Below are positions 24,101 to 36,262 of a DNA stretch of 64,000 nt, piece after piece. Each line of letters begins with the position of its first letter. Position 1 is the first letter of the stretch. Position numbers and translations under genes: made by a program. Below the pieces are notes generated by a model. The model saw only the letters and a list, made by a program, of their open reading frames with translations. It was not told the DNA's origin and made no database searches. The stretch is from Isurus oxyrinchus (lineage: Eukaryota): NCBI GenBank assembly GCA_026770705.1, contig JANJGN010000009.1:163680001-163744000 (forward strand), given 5' to 3'.

Positions 24101-27100
24101 GGAGGGCGTGGAAATTGTTAGAAATTTGGATAAGGTAACTCTAACTATTTCCACTAGTCAGTGAGTCAACAACAAGAGAGCATTAACTTTAAAATTATCA
24201 CTAAAAGGACAAAGGGAGAAATTTGGAGAATTTTATTGATGCAAACTGTTTTTAGGACATGGAATGCCCAACTGAAATAAGTTTACAAACAAATTTAATA
24301 ATAGATTTTAAAAGGGAAACAAATGTATGAGGGTGTGGGAAAAGGACAATGAAATGGAATTAAATGAGGAGATCATTCAGAGAACCAGCATTCGAGCGAT
24401 GGGCTGAATTCCCTCCCCTGTGTTGTAAAAATTCCATCACTCCAGACAAAATCTCAACTTATCCTGTATAAAAAATTAACTATTCCTTCCCCATAAAACA
24501 ATGACCCTGGTTCTGAAACAAGGAGGACTTTAGCCTATTTGAATGTAGCGGTTCAATTTTCTGCAGAGTGGGTGCAGCATGTTCACCGAGAAACACCAAC
24601 ATGGGCACAAAACAAAGAGAATCACATTTTCCCCTGAGCAGCAGGAGACAGGAATTTACATATGCAAATATATTGACTCTGGTCATGTGGTCTCTTGCCT
24701 CAGTTGTCAGGGAAGAAGGGTGGAATTTTACACCCCCATTGCGCCAGGGACTGGGCTGTAAAATGCAGCCAGCCATTCTAAACTCCATGCACTCCAGCAG
24801 GACCATAAAATCCCACTGTCACAAGCCTCAGACCAAAGGCTGTCAGCAGCAGGTAGAAATTACACCTGTAAACTGTGTTTGTACTGGAGTTGTCAGCAGG
24901 GACTCAGTCGCACTCTGACCTTTGATGACAGTATTTTGTAGGTTCAAGTTTCCCTTAAGAGTTAAAATTCAGGCTGATACCACTGTCCAGCACTGAGGTA
25001 GTGCTATACTGGTGGTGGTGCTGCTGTGTAGATGAGGTGTTAAACTGAGGATCCACATCCCCCTTAGGTAGATGTAAACAATTCCAGGGTATTATTCACA
25101 GAATAGGGAAGTTCTCCTGGTGTCCTTGAAGCCTTTATTCCTCAACCAATACACACAAATTGGGAGCAGGAGCAGGCTATTTGGTCTTTTGAGCCTGTTA
25201 ATGTCACTAAAAACAGATCATCTAGTGAATGTTTTACTGATGTTTGTGGGGCTTTGTTGTGTACGAATTAACTTTCACGTTTTCCGATATTAAAACTTTG
25301 GCTTTACTTCAGAAAAGTACTTAATAGGCTCTGAAGCACTTTGGGATATCTCAAGGTTGTGAAAGGTGATGAATCAACACAACTGATTTCTTACCTTTTG
25401 AAACAAACGACTTATTAAAATACATCTGAACCATATGCAAACTGGAGGGGGGGGGAGGGGGAGGGAGGAGCCAGTCCCAGCAGCAAGGTGGGTCATTATT
25501 TTTAAATGGACAGAAAATCACTGGCAGGTTTGAGACATTCAGCATCAGTGGGTGAAGATTCCCATCTTTACTGCAAGCTCAGAAAACTGCCCCCAAAGGA
25601 CAGAAAGTGACCATTGCCAGTATTTGGATGTGACTGTTTAATGTGTTCACATGAAATTCTTGTCAAGAAAGTGTATCTCTGATTGTAGTCCACCAACCTG
25701 AGCCCTTACCTGGCCCACTTCTAACTCTGTCCCACCAACTCTCAGATATAGGAAAGAAAGTGGAATTACCAGTAAAGATAGACCACCAGGTATCAGCAAA
25801 CTCTCCACTTGTGACCAGAGAGGGGTAAATTACACAGAAATCAATTCTACCAGCCAGTCTTTTCCTCAAGTAATGAGGTTCCATTTGACAATGATGCTCT
25901 CTCAGTTGAATACAAGTGAAAATGAGGTGAATCTCAATGTTATTCTCTTGTTTCAACAGGACCTGAGTATTGTTACGAAGCTTGTACAACAGTATCACCA
26001 ACTATCACACAACCCAGGAACGCAGTTGGGAATCCCAGAATTAGGACACATCCGCCATTTTTAAAGGGCTCTTGAATCAACCCAAGTTGGTGAAATCCAG
26101 GCCGTCACTTTGGTCTGAAGGCTGCACAAAGCACAGGGTAGAGGTCCTGGACTGAGACACCTGCCTTTATCTTGTACAGAAAGTTTTCACATGTGAGTGA
26201 CATGAACATTGCTCATCAAAACAAGGAGCGATAGGCAGGGAGACATTCTTTGGAGTTTATTGACAATAATGAACAGTATGTACAAGTGATTAACACCCGT
26301 GCCCAGGACGTGAAACTACATCTCCTCAACCAGGCGGTGTCTGGCGGCACCGTCGAGACCTTCTGTGCTCGGTGGGTGACCATGGGGGGTTGGGATGCTT
26401 TATCCACCCTCTTAATCACACTTTAGTTTGATGTTGTAAGTTTCCTTTAAATCCTGTCTTTGGTTTTGCAGTGACCCTAACTTAGGGGCTGCGTTTTATT
26501 TTGTCCCTCATTTTGTTAATTTAGTTTATTTGGTTGACTTTAAAAGAGCTACATCTTCTCAACTTTCCTAATCCTCCCGCTACATCTTGGTGCTGCACAG
26601 ACATCCACAGTGGAGGTAAAGACAGTCTGCTGACTGCTATGCTCTGTCTGTGATAACTTTGGCGGGCGTCCTCTGGAGGCCTGAGGCCTGGAGGGCCCCG
26701 GCTTCCTTTCGAGGTCCTACTGTGTGGCATTAGCACCCTCCTTGTCCTGTGGACTTGGAGCTGTCAAGGTCACAGTAAGAGTGGAGTTACCAGGATGAAT
26801 GGCCCCAGAGGGTACACATGTTGATCCTTCTCGCTATGGGTACCCAAGGGCCCGTGTCTGAATTCTTGAGGAGCAGGGGTAGCTGGAGTGAGATCGAGCT
26901 GCCCGCACCCCTCTCACATACACACTGTCAGGGGCCAACTATGCATCAGCAATGGAGTTCAACCCCACAGCAGTGTAGGAACGGTGCCCTGGACCAACGT
27001 CTCCATGGCACCTGCCATCCTACCAGTGTTGACCTTGGTGCAATGACATGCCAGCGCTATCACCTCAGACTGCAAGTGGACGGATTCCTCCATATTAACT

Positions 27101-30100
27101 GAAAATTTTATTTAAAAAGAGAGAAGGTCACCATCTAATCCTTTATTAACTGTGTTTAATTGTATGCAGTGGTAGCATTAAACAGATGTCTTCAGGTCTG
27201 GGCCTTGTACACACTGTCTCCTGGGAGTTCTGACCAGCTACCCTGCTGTCTTCAGGGAGATCTGGCCAACCATTCTGCTGTGTTCTGGGAGATCTAAGCA
27301 GCTACCCCCTCACATAGGCTTCAGTATTCCCTTAAATGTGTTTCTTCTCTTTCATCTCTCTTTGTTGAAACCAGTCTGTACAGAAATGCTTTTTTCCCAG
27401 GATTGATTAAATCAATCTTTACCTCTTAAACTTGTAAAAACAAACTTACCCTATCTTTATGTCAATTCCTTACACCTTTTTACAACCTGCATAAAGCTCC
27501 CTTTGAACTAAAACAACTCAATTCAAACTATTCCTGTTATTGCTTCATGAACTAATCTGTTGAAGTTCTTTTTTGTTCATTAACATATCAAAACAACTTC
27601 TTACTGTTGACTTTTGACCCTACCCACTGATGAAGCAGTCCACGTCATGGAACCATAACCTTAAATCTGGAGATAGGCTCGTTAGGGATGTCAGGAATCA
27701 CTTCTTCACGCAAAGTATAGTGGAAATCAGGAACACTCTCCTCAAAAAAGCTCTTGAACTTAAATGAAAATTTCAAAACTGATTGACAGATTTTATCTGG
27801 TAGCAATATTCGGGTTATGGGACCCAGGTAGGTAAATGGACAGAAGATACTGGTCAGTTGGGATTTAATTGAATTGTGGAACAGGCTGAAGGGGCTGCAT
27901 GTCCGAATCCCTTTTCCATGTTCTGGAGCCCCAGTTAATTTTTCAGTGGTCTGGGCCTTGTGAGTAACAATGTGCTGTGAAACAAGCTCACAAACAGTTA
28001 GCATTTCAAAGAGACACTTTCCAATCACCAGGCAAACTGTGACCTGTGTTGTGTCAGAGGACAGTTTGTGACAGTGAAAGCAGTGAAGGCCTGCCAAACC
28101 TCATTAAAAATATTGGTGAAAGTGTCACTTTTCTCTGGTTAATCCCTTGACCAAAGAGGGAATTTTAATTCCCCTCCCCCATCCTGAATCCAGTTGAAGC
28201 ATGATGGGATTTGCTGGATCCAGAACCTTCTCCAGCACGGCTTGTGATCCAGGAGACACACGAAAGCTTCACCCCCACCCCCAGGCAAATGTTTTATACA
28301 ATTTCTCCCTCCCCATGATTGGCCAATCCTGCCCCAAGCAGCAAAGTCACCCTGACTCCCTCCTCGCTGCTGTGCTCCGAGGCAACATTCCCACCAATTT
28401 CTCCCATGTCCAGTTCCCAAACCCAAATTTAACATCCACCCCATAGAGTGGTAGATGTGTTGGTGAGATTCCAACATGGCAGAGCCTGGCTGAGATGAAG
28501 TGCAAAGTTTGAAGAGTATTTGATTATTAAATGTTCAGTATCTGAATGTTTCTTTCTTTCCAACAGAACCCGTGTCTGTTCCTGTGCTTAGATTTTCATC
28601 ACCAGCAAATGTCTCATGTTCTGGGGGTTCAGTGTCCGTCTCCTGTGAGTCTGTCCAGGGATCCCTTCCCATTCAGTACACATGGTATGAAAAGACCCTG
28701 TCTGAAGATTCAAAGATCTCTGACACCAATAAACTGGATCTACATTGTCAATCCTTCAAACAGCAACATCATCAATATTACTGCACAGCCTCAAATAATC
28801 AGGGAGTAAAATCCAGTGACACTGTCACTGTTAACTCAACACTCATGAATGTAACAACGAAAAGCTGCAGTTATGTGATACAAATTGGAAACATTGGTAA
28901 GTGTTACTTTCTACAAACAACGTGGCGAATGAATGTTTTAAATTCATGTCTATCCAAACTGGTCACTGGTTCAGTTCCTTCAGTTTATCTGAGAAATTGC
29001 AACTGGCCAAATTCACTCTCTCTGGTTCCTCAAACATTCTGAACAAGGTCACTAAGTTGCATTTTTCATGAAAAATGGACAGGATCAGAAAATATCCCCA
29101 AAACATGCAAAAATATTGCAGAATCTCCAACAAACCCATCGAATCAAAATAGCATTTGATTGACAGAGCTTTCATAAAGCAATTTGTCTATTTCCAGCAG
29201 ATAGAATTGTGAAATGCAACCTCCAACTGTTGTGTCCTAGTTTGGGAAGGATATCACTGATAGAATAGAGAAGAATTGAATTAAAATGAACCCTTGGATG
29301 AGAGGCTTTAGTCATGAGGAAAGTATCATCACAACTGAGGTGAATGACCAGCTGGAGGACGTGGAAATTGTTAGAAATTTGGATAAGGTAACTCTAACTA
29401 TTTCCACTAGTCAGTGAGTCAACAACAAGAGAGCATTAACTTTAAAATTATCACTAAAAGGACAAAGGGAGAAATTTGGAGAATTTTATTGATGCAAACT
29501 GTTTTTAGGACATGGAATGCCCAACTGAAATAAGTTTACAAACAAATTTAATAATAGATTTTAAAAGGGAAACAAATGTATGAGGGTGTGGGAAAAGGAC
29601 AATGAAATGGAATTAAATGAGGAGATCATTCAGAGAACCAGCATTGGAGCGATGGGCTGAATTCCCTCCCCATGTTGTAAAAATTCCATCATTCCAGACA
29701 AAATCTCAAATTATCCTGTATAAAAAATTAACTATTCCCTCCCCATAAAACAATGACCCTGGTTCTGAAACAAGGAGGACTTTAGCCTATTTGAATGTAG
29801 CGGTTCAATTTTCTGCAGAGTGGGTGCAGCATGTTCACCGAGAAACACCAACATGGGCACAAAACAAAGAGAATCACATTTTCCCCTGAGCAGCAGGAGA
29901 CAGGAATTTACATATGCAAATATATTGACTCTGGTCATGTGGTCTCTTGCCTCAGTTGTCAGGGAAGAAGGGTGGAATTTTACACCCCCATTGCGCCAGG
30001 GACTGGGCTGTAAAATGCAGCCAGCCATTCTAAACTCCATGCACTCCAGCAGGACCATAAAATCCCACTGTCACAAGCCTCAGACCAAAGGCTGTCAGCA

Positions 30101-33100
30101 GCAGGTAGAAATTACACCTGTAAACTGTGTTTGTACTGGAGTTGTCAGCAGGGACTCAGTCGCACTCTGACCTTTGATGACAGTCTTTTTTAGGTTCAAG
30201 TTCCCCTTAAGAGTTAAAATTCAAGCTGATACCACTGTCCAGCACTGAGGTAGTGCTATACTGGTGGTGGTGCTGCTGTGTAGATGAGGTGTTAAACTGA
30301 GGATCCACATCCCCCTTAGGTAGATGTAAACAATTCCAGGGTATTATTCACAGAATAGGGAAGTTCTCCTGGTGTCCTTGACGCCTTTATTCCTCAACCA
30401 ATACACACAAATTGGGAGCAGGAGCAGGCCACTTGGTCTTTTGAGCCTGTTAATGTCACTACAAAACAGATCATCTAGTGAATGTTTTACTGATGTTTGT
30501 GGGGCTTTGCTGTGTACGAATTAACTTCCACGTTTCCTGATATTAAAACTTTGGCTTTATTTCAAAAAAGTACTTCATAGGCTCTGAAGCACTTTGGGAT
30601 ATCCCAAGGTTGTGAATGGTGATGAATCAACACACATTGTTTCTTACATTTTGAAACAAACGATTCATTAAAATACATCTGAACCAATTATCTGAGTGCA
30701 AACTGGAGGGGGGTAAGGGGAGGGAGGAGCCAGTCCCAGCAGCAAGGTGGGTCATTATAATTAAATGTTCAGAAAATCACTGGCAGGTTTGAGACATTCA
30801 TGGTCAGTGGGTGAAGATTCTCATCTTTACTGCAAGCTCAGAAAACTGTCCCCAAAGGGCAGAAAGTGACCATTGCCAGTATTAAGATGTGACTGTTTAA
30901 TGTGTTCACATGAAATTCATGTCAAGAAAGTGTATCTCTGGATTGTAGTCCACCAACGTGAGCCCTTAACTGGCCCACTTCTAACTCTGTCCCACCAACT
31001 CTCAGATATAGGAAAGAAAGTGGAATTACCAGTAAAGATAGGTCACCACCAGGTATCAGCAAACTCTCCACTTGTGACCAGAGAGGGGTAAATTACACAG
31101 AAATCAATTCTACCAGCCAGGCATTTCCTCAATTAATGAGGTTCCATTTGACAATGATGCTCTCTCAGTTGACTACAAGTGAAAATGAGGTGAATCTGAC
31201 TGTTATTCCCTTGTTTCAACAGGACCGGAGTATTTTTGTGAAGATTCTGCAACAGTATCACCAACTATACATTTGACAAGTACAGATATAATTTCCACTA
31301 CCAGTCGATCCACACCTTCAGATCCCGAAAATCCTGAAAGGTACAATGTTCTCATGGATTGGTACTGCTTCCATATGTGAGAGATACGATTGGCCAAAGG
31401 AGTGAAAGTTGTTCATTAATTTGGAAAGTAGCTCATCAGAATGGAAATGGTGGCTGGGTTTATATCATGCTGTTGTGTTAGCTTCTTAATGAGGGTGCAT
31501 TTTTCTGTTGGAAAATACAAGCAAGGAGTGAGCTTTTCCATTGTGTTGCCGCTCAGATGGTGTTTTTAGCCTTATTCACCTTAATTACTTCACCGCTAAG
31601 GTAACCTCACAGTGTGTGAGGAGTTGTACTTGTCAAACTTACCTTGCTGCTGTCTACACTGACAGAGTACTTGTATTTGGGCTGATGAAAAGGAAGAATT
31701 AGCGTGAGCTGCTGAATGTTTCCAGAATCTTCTGTTTTCCATTCATATTTCTAGCACATGCAGTGCTCTTACTTTTATCCAGATTATTGTCAATGATTTA
31801 AAAAGTATTGAAAGTCTATGGTCTGAATTTTCCGCTCGGCGGGGGTGGGGCTGGGGTAGAGCGGGAGCGAGCACGGGCAGCTGTGGACCCGTTCACCATC
31901 CACCATCGGGTTTTTGACGCCATTTTGCGCGGGCGGCCAATTTAGGCCATCCCAGCGTATTTCCCGACTCCCGAGGATAGCGGGAGTGGGCGAGCAGCGG
32001 GGGGTGTGCACAGACAACCGAGTCCAATGGTGACCCAGCGGCCTGTTTAAATGAAGGCCTGGCAGCCTGTTCCAGCTGCTCACAATGGCCAGTGCAAAGA
32101 ATTTTCACTTACAATTTAGCTTTGTATTACAGTTAGACATTATGGACATGCTAAAGAAATTTGCTTCGTTTGATTTTTATCTAATGATCATGAAGTTGAT
32201 AAGTAGAACTTTAGTTGATTCTTTCAGCTAAAGTCCCTTGTCTACTTTATGTTGCTGCAAAAAATTACAGTGTAAAGCGGAGAGTCATGTTTCAAAAATG
32301 AAACAGTCTCATTTCATTTAAATGGTTTGATATTTCTTCTCTTTTGCTCAGTTGCATTATCTGGGATGTGATACGCTGGGTGCTCTTTACTCTCCTGGTG
32401 ATTTGTGCTGTTTCGGGCACATGGTGTACGAGAAAATCTAAGGTGAGAGTTATGGACTGTATAAGAATCATTATGGGCAGTTTGCAATGTTATGATGTGG
32501 CAGATGATGTGTGTCAGGCAGACCAAATCCACGAGTGAAACTTGGTCGAGCTGTCACAACGGTTTTGCAATTTATATTTATTATGAGATGCATGCACTGA
32601 ATTCAGACACCATAAGTCTACCAAACTTTTAGAGATTTAAAAAATATATCGTTAAATATATTTATTAGCAAAAGATAGATTTCAATTACATACATAAGTC
32701 TACTAATTTCTTCTATAATAACTCGTAAAATTCCTAATTAGCCTCACTCCCAGTTACACCTCCTTTAAGGCAACTGTACAAAGAATAGATATTAGGTTTC
32801 AAGCAGATCCAGCAAATTGACACAATGATCTAGACAGTGGAATTCCAAATGGCTTTCACCAGCTTCAGTTTCGTTAGACAGCAGGCTTATGCACAAATGC
32901 TGGAGGCTTCATTAAGGCTACTTCAAACACATCTGTTAGGTCTCATATGGACTTCTCCTGACACATAGCCTCATTCTCCTTTATATATGTTTCCCTCTAT
33001 TTAACATGTAAACCCTATTGTTTCAGATACCTTTGAAACTGTGTCTTCCTCACAATGTAAAAACTTTCATGTCGATACTATATATTGTCAGTAACCTTTG

Positions 33101-36100
33101 AGATAAAGAAACACATTCCTTCATCTTGCTTAGCTGCCTAATTGTAAAGAGACTAAAATACTTTTGAAATCCAAATCTCCCTTCATTTATCTAAAAAGGC
33201 AAATTCCCTTTACACTTTACTTGCTAAACCAGTATCCATGTTTACTCATTAGCATGTCAAATACCTAGCTTCTTTTGTTGAGTTATATCATGCCATCTAC
33301 CTGATTCCAAATGTAATTAAATCTCACACAGACAGACCCAAACACTTACCCCCATAAACCGACTCCACAATAAAGCAGAAAATATTATGAAAATTATTAT
33401 ACTTTCATGACAGTAAATTCTCCATCAATTATTTCAAAAACATTGATCACAGATATTGTCAAGAAAAACTTGCATTGATGTTAAGGTCCACAGATTGAAA
33501 CAAGGTGTTTTACAGATTCTATGGGCAGAATCATCTGAGATTTGCACAAAATGCCGTAGTGAGTGGGAAAAAGGACATCCCGGGTGTGAAAAAACAGCAC
33601 AGACCAAGACCCTGATTTCCCAGTTTTTACTGGTGTTCCATGTTAAAGTATATGAGCCCCACTCAGGCCCGTATTCTTATTTCCCATTTTTTACTGTTTG
33701 TCCCTTCTGGGATATTATCCGCCGGCTGCAATGGCAGATTTTCACACCTTATTATCCTATTCCTGGCACATCCCACCTCATTAATTATGCGTTCACTGGA
33801 AACACACCGGGTCGCTGGTGGGAAGGCCTCTGACGCGCCACCCCACCGTCACCTCAGGCCTTCATTTATCCAGACGCCCTATTTAAAGGCCGTTCCTGCA
33901 GAGAGATAGCTCTCTCTAAGGCATCAGAAACTGCTAGGAATTCATAGCTGCCAAAGGGAGGAAACATGTTGCATCCAAAATTGAGCACTGCCTCCCTCAG
34001 CCTACTGGGCACTGTGAGAGCTGCCGTGAAGTCCTCTACCCCAATTCTAGGCGAAGACCAACAAGCACAGCAACAAATCTAGCATGGGTGGTGGTGGCAG
34101 CAGTGGTCAGTGCCAATGCACTGCTAAAGAGGACAGCCACCCAGCGCTGAAAGAGGATGAATGGTCACCTTCTTTTTGCTAGGTTAAATCACTTTTCTCA
34201 TCACTCACAACTCAAAAACCCATCACACATTCACTGGGATCTCACTCAATACCAGTTCAAGGGACATCACCATTCTCCCTCTCACACACACCTTCCTCTG
34301 CCCTGCCGATCCTGTCTTCATCCATGGCACCACTTACCACCCACACGTGCCGGGTGCCCTCCTCATGTGGCCTGGCAGGCACCCTGCTTACGCTCTCTCC
34401 ATCTGTTTTCCTGCAGAACAAGCTGGATGATGTCAGGGATCTGACACTTACTGAGAATATAGGAGTCACGGACACTCCCTTGGAATCGCACGCAGACCCG
34501 TGGAAGCTCTTGCTGTTTGTTTAAATATTTCTTGCCATTCCATCTCATAATCATCTTTCTCCCTCTTTATTCATTTTTTGGTCATCCGCTGCTGGTTCCT
34601 AAAAAGTTCCTAATCCTCAAGCATACCATTAGTTTTCCCCCCTTTTTATACTTTAGTTGTTGATTGGATACTCTCCTTGACTGCCGTCGTTAACCATGGG
34701 TGGTTCATCCTTCTCATCAAGTCCTTCCTTTTGAGCGGGATAAATTTTTTCTGAGCGTTATGAAATATTTACTTAAATGTCTGCCACTGCTCACCCACTG
34801 ACCTTCCTGTTAGTCTATTCTCCCAGCCAACTCTTCCTTCATAACTCTGTAATTGGCCTTATTTAGGTTGAGGACACTGGTTTTAGAGACGAGCTGCTCA
34901 CCCTCAAACAGAATTTCAAATTCTACAATGTTGTGTGATCGCTATCCCCTAGAGGATCCCTAACTACACGATCTCTTATGAATCCTACCTCATTACGCAT
35001 TGCTAGATGCAAAATAGCCTGTTCCCAAGTAGGTTATGCAACATATTGCTGAAAGAAACTATCCTTGGTACACTCTACAAATTTGTCTTCCAAGTTAGCC
35101 CTGCCTATCTGATTTCTCCAGTCAATATGCAGATTAAAATAATCCATGACAATTGTAGAACCCTTCTTACATGCCTACATTATTTCCCAATTTATGCTTT
35201 GTCCTACAGTGAGCAAACTCTTTGGAGGCCCATAGATGAGTCCAACGCATGGCTCGTTCCCCTTACTAATTGTTATTTCTACCCAAACTGATTCCACATC
35301 ACGATCTCTGCCAGCTATATCACCACCGCACTGATACCTTCATTTATTAACAAAGCTACCCCACCTCCTTTTCCTTTTTGCCATTTTTTTCGGATTGTCG
35401 AATACCCTTGAATATTGAATTCCCAGTCTTGGTCACCCTGCAACCATGTCTCTGTCATGGCTATCAAGTCATATCCATATATTTCTATTTGTGCCGTCAA
35501 CTCATCTGCGTGCATTCAGATAACAAGCCTTAAGCTTGGATTGTTTACCATTATTGCCCATTCTGGTTCTCATTTCTGCTGCACTCTTCTGCTCCTTGTT
35601 CTGCCCCTTCTCATCATACTTTGATTACCATTCGGCTCTTCACTACCCAGCACCTCTGCTCTCTCATTTCCTTTAGATGTTTTAAACTTCCCTTCAATTG
35701 TCCCTGTTACTATGATCCCATGTAACCCATCCATAATAGAAACATTCCATAGTTTAATCTAATCTTACAAAATAATCGATACAAGAAAAGGAAGCGAGGA
35801 AATGAAGGCAGAATCTAACAGAGCACCAGAGATGATTGTTTGTCAACAAGAACACAAGGAGACGTAAAATTATACAGACTGCAACAGGAGACTGAGATAC
35901 AGACCCAAGAGAATTGTTACTGGAAGCAGCAATTGCACTGTATAAAATATATTTAATAAAGTAGCCACAGCAATCAATTTCTACCCATAACGCCAGTTGC
36001 AGGGGAACATTAGTTACCCATGAGAAAATGGTGTTACATCTCTTCAAGAGGGGCACAACTGATAACTTTTCCCAGCACATATGCAATGGGTGAGGAGTGT

Positions 36101-36262
36101 GATGTTGCCACAGCTCCAGTTCATCACATGCTTTGCCTCGATTTGCTGGCATAGCCAGAATTCTGTTCACATGTAAAATAATGCATCGTTCTCAGTCTCA
36201 ATTAATCTGGTGATTTTCAGTTCCAGACACTCAACGGATCAGATCCTCAGAGCTTGACCTAA
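15127..36262 (+). CDS. Gene A: CD300/CMRF35/pIgR-like IgSF receptor. Predicted exons 15127-15166, 17026-17340, 23314-23643, 28567-28896, 31223-31340, 32352-32442, 36221-36262 (421 aa with both IgC2 exons, 311 aa with one)
   Basis: GT/AG-bounded exons with compatible phases (1,1,1,1,2,0) join without a stop: MMWILILLISSLP/VSGALWAKERV..IgV/EPVSVP..IgC2/stalk/TM/short tail. The last exon is the least certain. Confidence 0.85.
15275..15570 (+). mobile_element. tRNA-derived SINE remnant in intron 1 (copy at about 50432-50727)
   Basis: A-box-like cagtgggtagcg and B-box-like gtttgagtccc at tRNA spacing. Confidence 0.45.
17026..17340 (+). CDS. Gene A exon 2, IgV domain of CD300/pIgR type
   Basis: Acceptor ctcctcag, donor G|GTACAT. 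Motifs ITIECHY, KYWC-x6-C (the extra C-C' disulfide typical of CD300/pIgR/TREM V domains), GRISVTDN and DTGWYSC. Confidence 0.93.
18200..19775 (-). mobile_element. Diverged Harbinger Myb-like gene fragment in intron 2 (copies at 26103-27093 and 53357-54932)
   Basis: Peptides ELERPTWEHQEGISAAPLRLQGTMEES and EVNTGRMAAAMETL are homologous to 1269-1493. Confidence 0.7.
18428..18644 (+). mobile_element. 217-bp 5'-truncated non-LTR retroposon end (Tx1/L1-like) with 15-bp TSD; copies at 26331-26548 and 53585-53801
   Basis: TSD ctacatctcctcaac (18413-18427) and ctacatcttctcaac (18645-18659); absent from the related element at about 845-860. Reads HAVSGGTVETFCARW, then a T-rich UTR. Clade assignment is from recall. 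Confidence 0.6.
19868..20320 (+). mobile_element. Harbinger end plus Myb-like N-terminus in the opposite orientation (copy at 55025-55477)
   Basis: gatttgcactaagtgcg matches the reverse complement of the element end near 2790-2800; RGKKTVAPRFSELSL. Confidence 0.6.
23314..23643 (+). CDS. Gene A exon 3a, IgC2 domain (FcR-like/PECAM type)
   Basis: Acceptor tttccaacag, donor G|GTAAGT, 330 nt, phase 1/1. Motifs PVSVPVL, C-ESVQGSLPIQYTWY and YYCRASN. Confidence 0.85.
23960..24430 (+). mobile_element. Old CR1 3' fragment (copies at about 29210-29680 and 59120-59590)
   Basis: Degenerate similarity to the CR1 3' ends at 3507-3962 and 13600-13940. Confidence 0.55.
24895..25385 (+). mobile_element. 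Deu-domain (SacSINE/AmnSINE-like) SINE; copies at about 30150-30640 and 60055-60545
   Basis: B-box-like ggttcaag, then aggctgatacc..cagcactgaggtagtgct..gatgaggtgttaaactgagg, and a tail aagcactttgggat. Recognised from memory of the family consensus. Confidence 0.6.
25960..26075 (+). pseudogene. Gene A exon 4a, truncated stalk exon reading into a stop (GPEYCYEACTTVSPT-ITQPRNAVGNPRIRTHPPFLKGS*)
   Basis: Intact acceptor tttcaacag. Homology with the full stalk exon ends at 26005; the frame continues in unrelated filler to TGA 26073-26075. The normal donor is lost. Confidence 0.8.
26103..31268 (+). repeat. Intragenic direct duplication of 18200-26005 (part of intron 2, IgC2 exon, intron 3, start of stalk exon), gene A only
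   Basis: cgtcactttggtctgaagg at 18200 and 26103; homology ends at ccaactat (26005/31268). The second copy has deletions of about 1.4 kb, 25 bp, 0.2 kb and 1.0 kb. Confidence 0.93.
28567..28896 (+). CDS. Gene A exon 3b, duplicated IgC2 domain
   Basis: Near-identical copy of 23314-23643 with intact splice sites and an open 330-nt frame. Confidence 0.88.
31223..31340 (+). CDS. Gene A exon 4b, Ser/Thr/Pro-rich stalk (GPEYFCEDSATVSPTIHLTSTDIISTTSRSTPSDPENPE)
   Basis: Acceptor tttcaacag, donor AAG|GTACAA, 118 nt, phase 1 to phase 2, matching the TM exon. Confidence 0.85.
32352..32442 (+). CDS. Gene A exon 5, transmembrane segment (SCIIWDVIRWVLFTLLVICAVSGTWCTRKSK)
   Basis: Long polypyrimidine acceptor, donor AAG|GTGAGA, hydrophobic helix followed by the basic stop-transfer RKSK. 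Confidence 0.88.
32488..33412. mobile_element. Solo-LTR-like element, 925 bp (copy at 62724-63648)
   Basis: TGTTATGA...TCATGACA termini (7/8 inverted match); flanks GCAA and GTAA. Confidence 0.6.
33522..34440 (+). mobile_element. Another decayed Harbinger end with Myb-like exon 1 (partial copy at 63758-64000)
   Basis: Starts tgggcagaat...gatttgcac; contains ANALLKRTATQR*KRMN followed by a donor-like site. Confidence 0.6.
34470..35700 (-). mobile_element. Decayed CR1 ORF2 endonuclease fragment
   Basis: ADELTAQIEIYGYDLIAMTETWLQ...GKGGGVALLIN. Confidence 0.85.

Noticed and set aside
33516-33563. Possible extra cytoplasmic exon (ttttacag|attctatgg...gtgagt)
   Set aside because: It overlaps the terminus of a Harbinger remnant and its phase would not match the candidate last exon.
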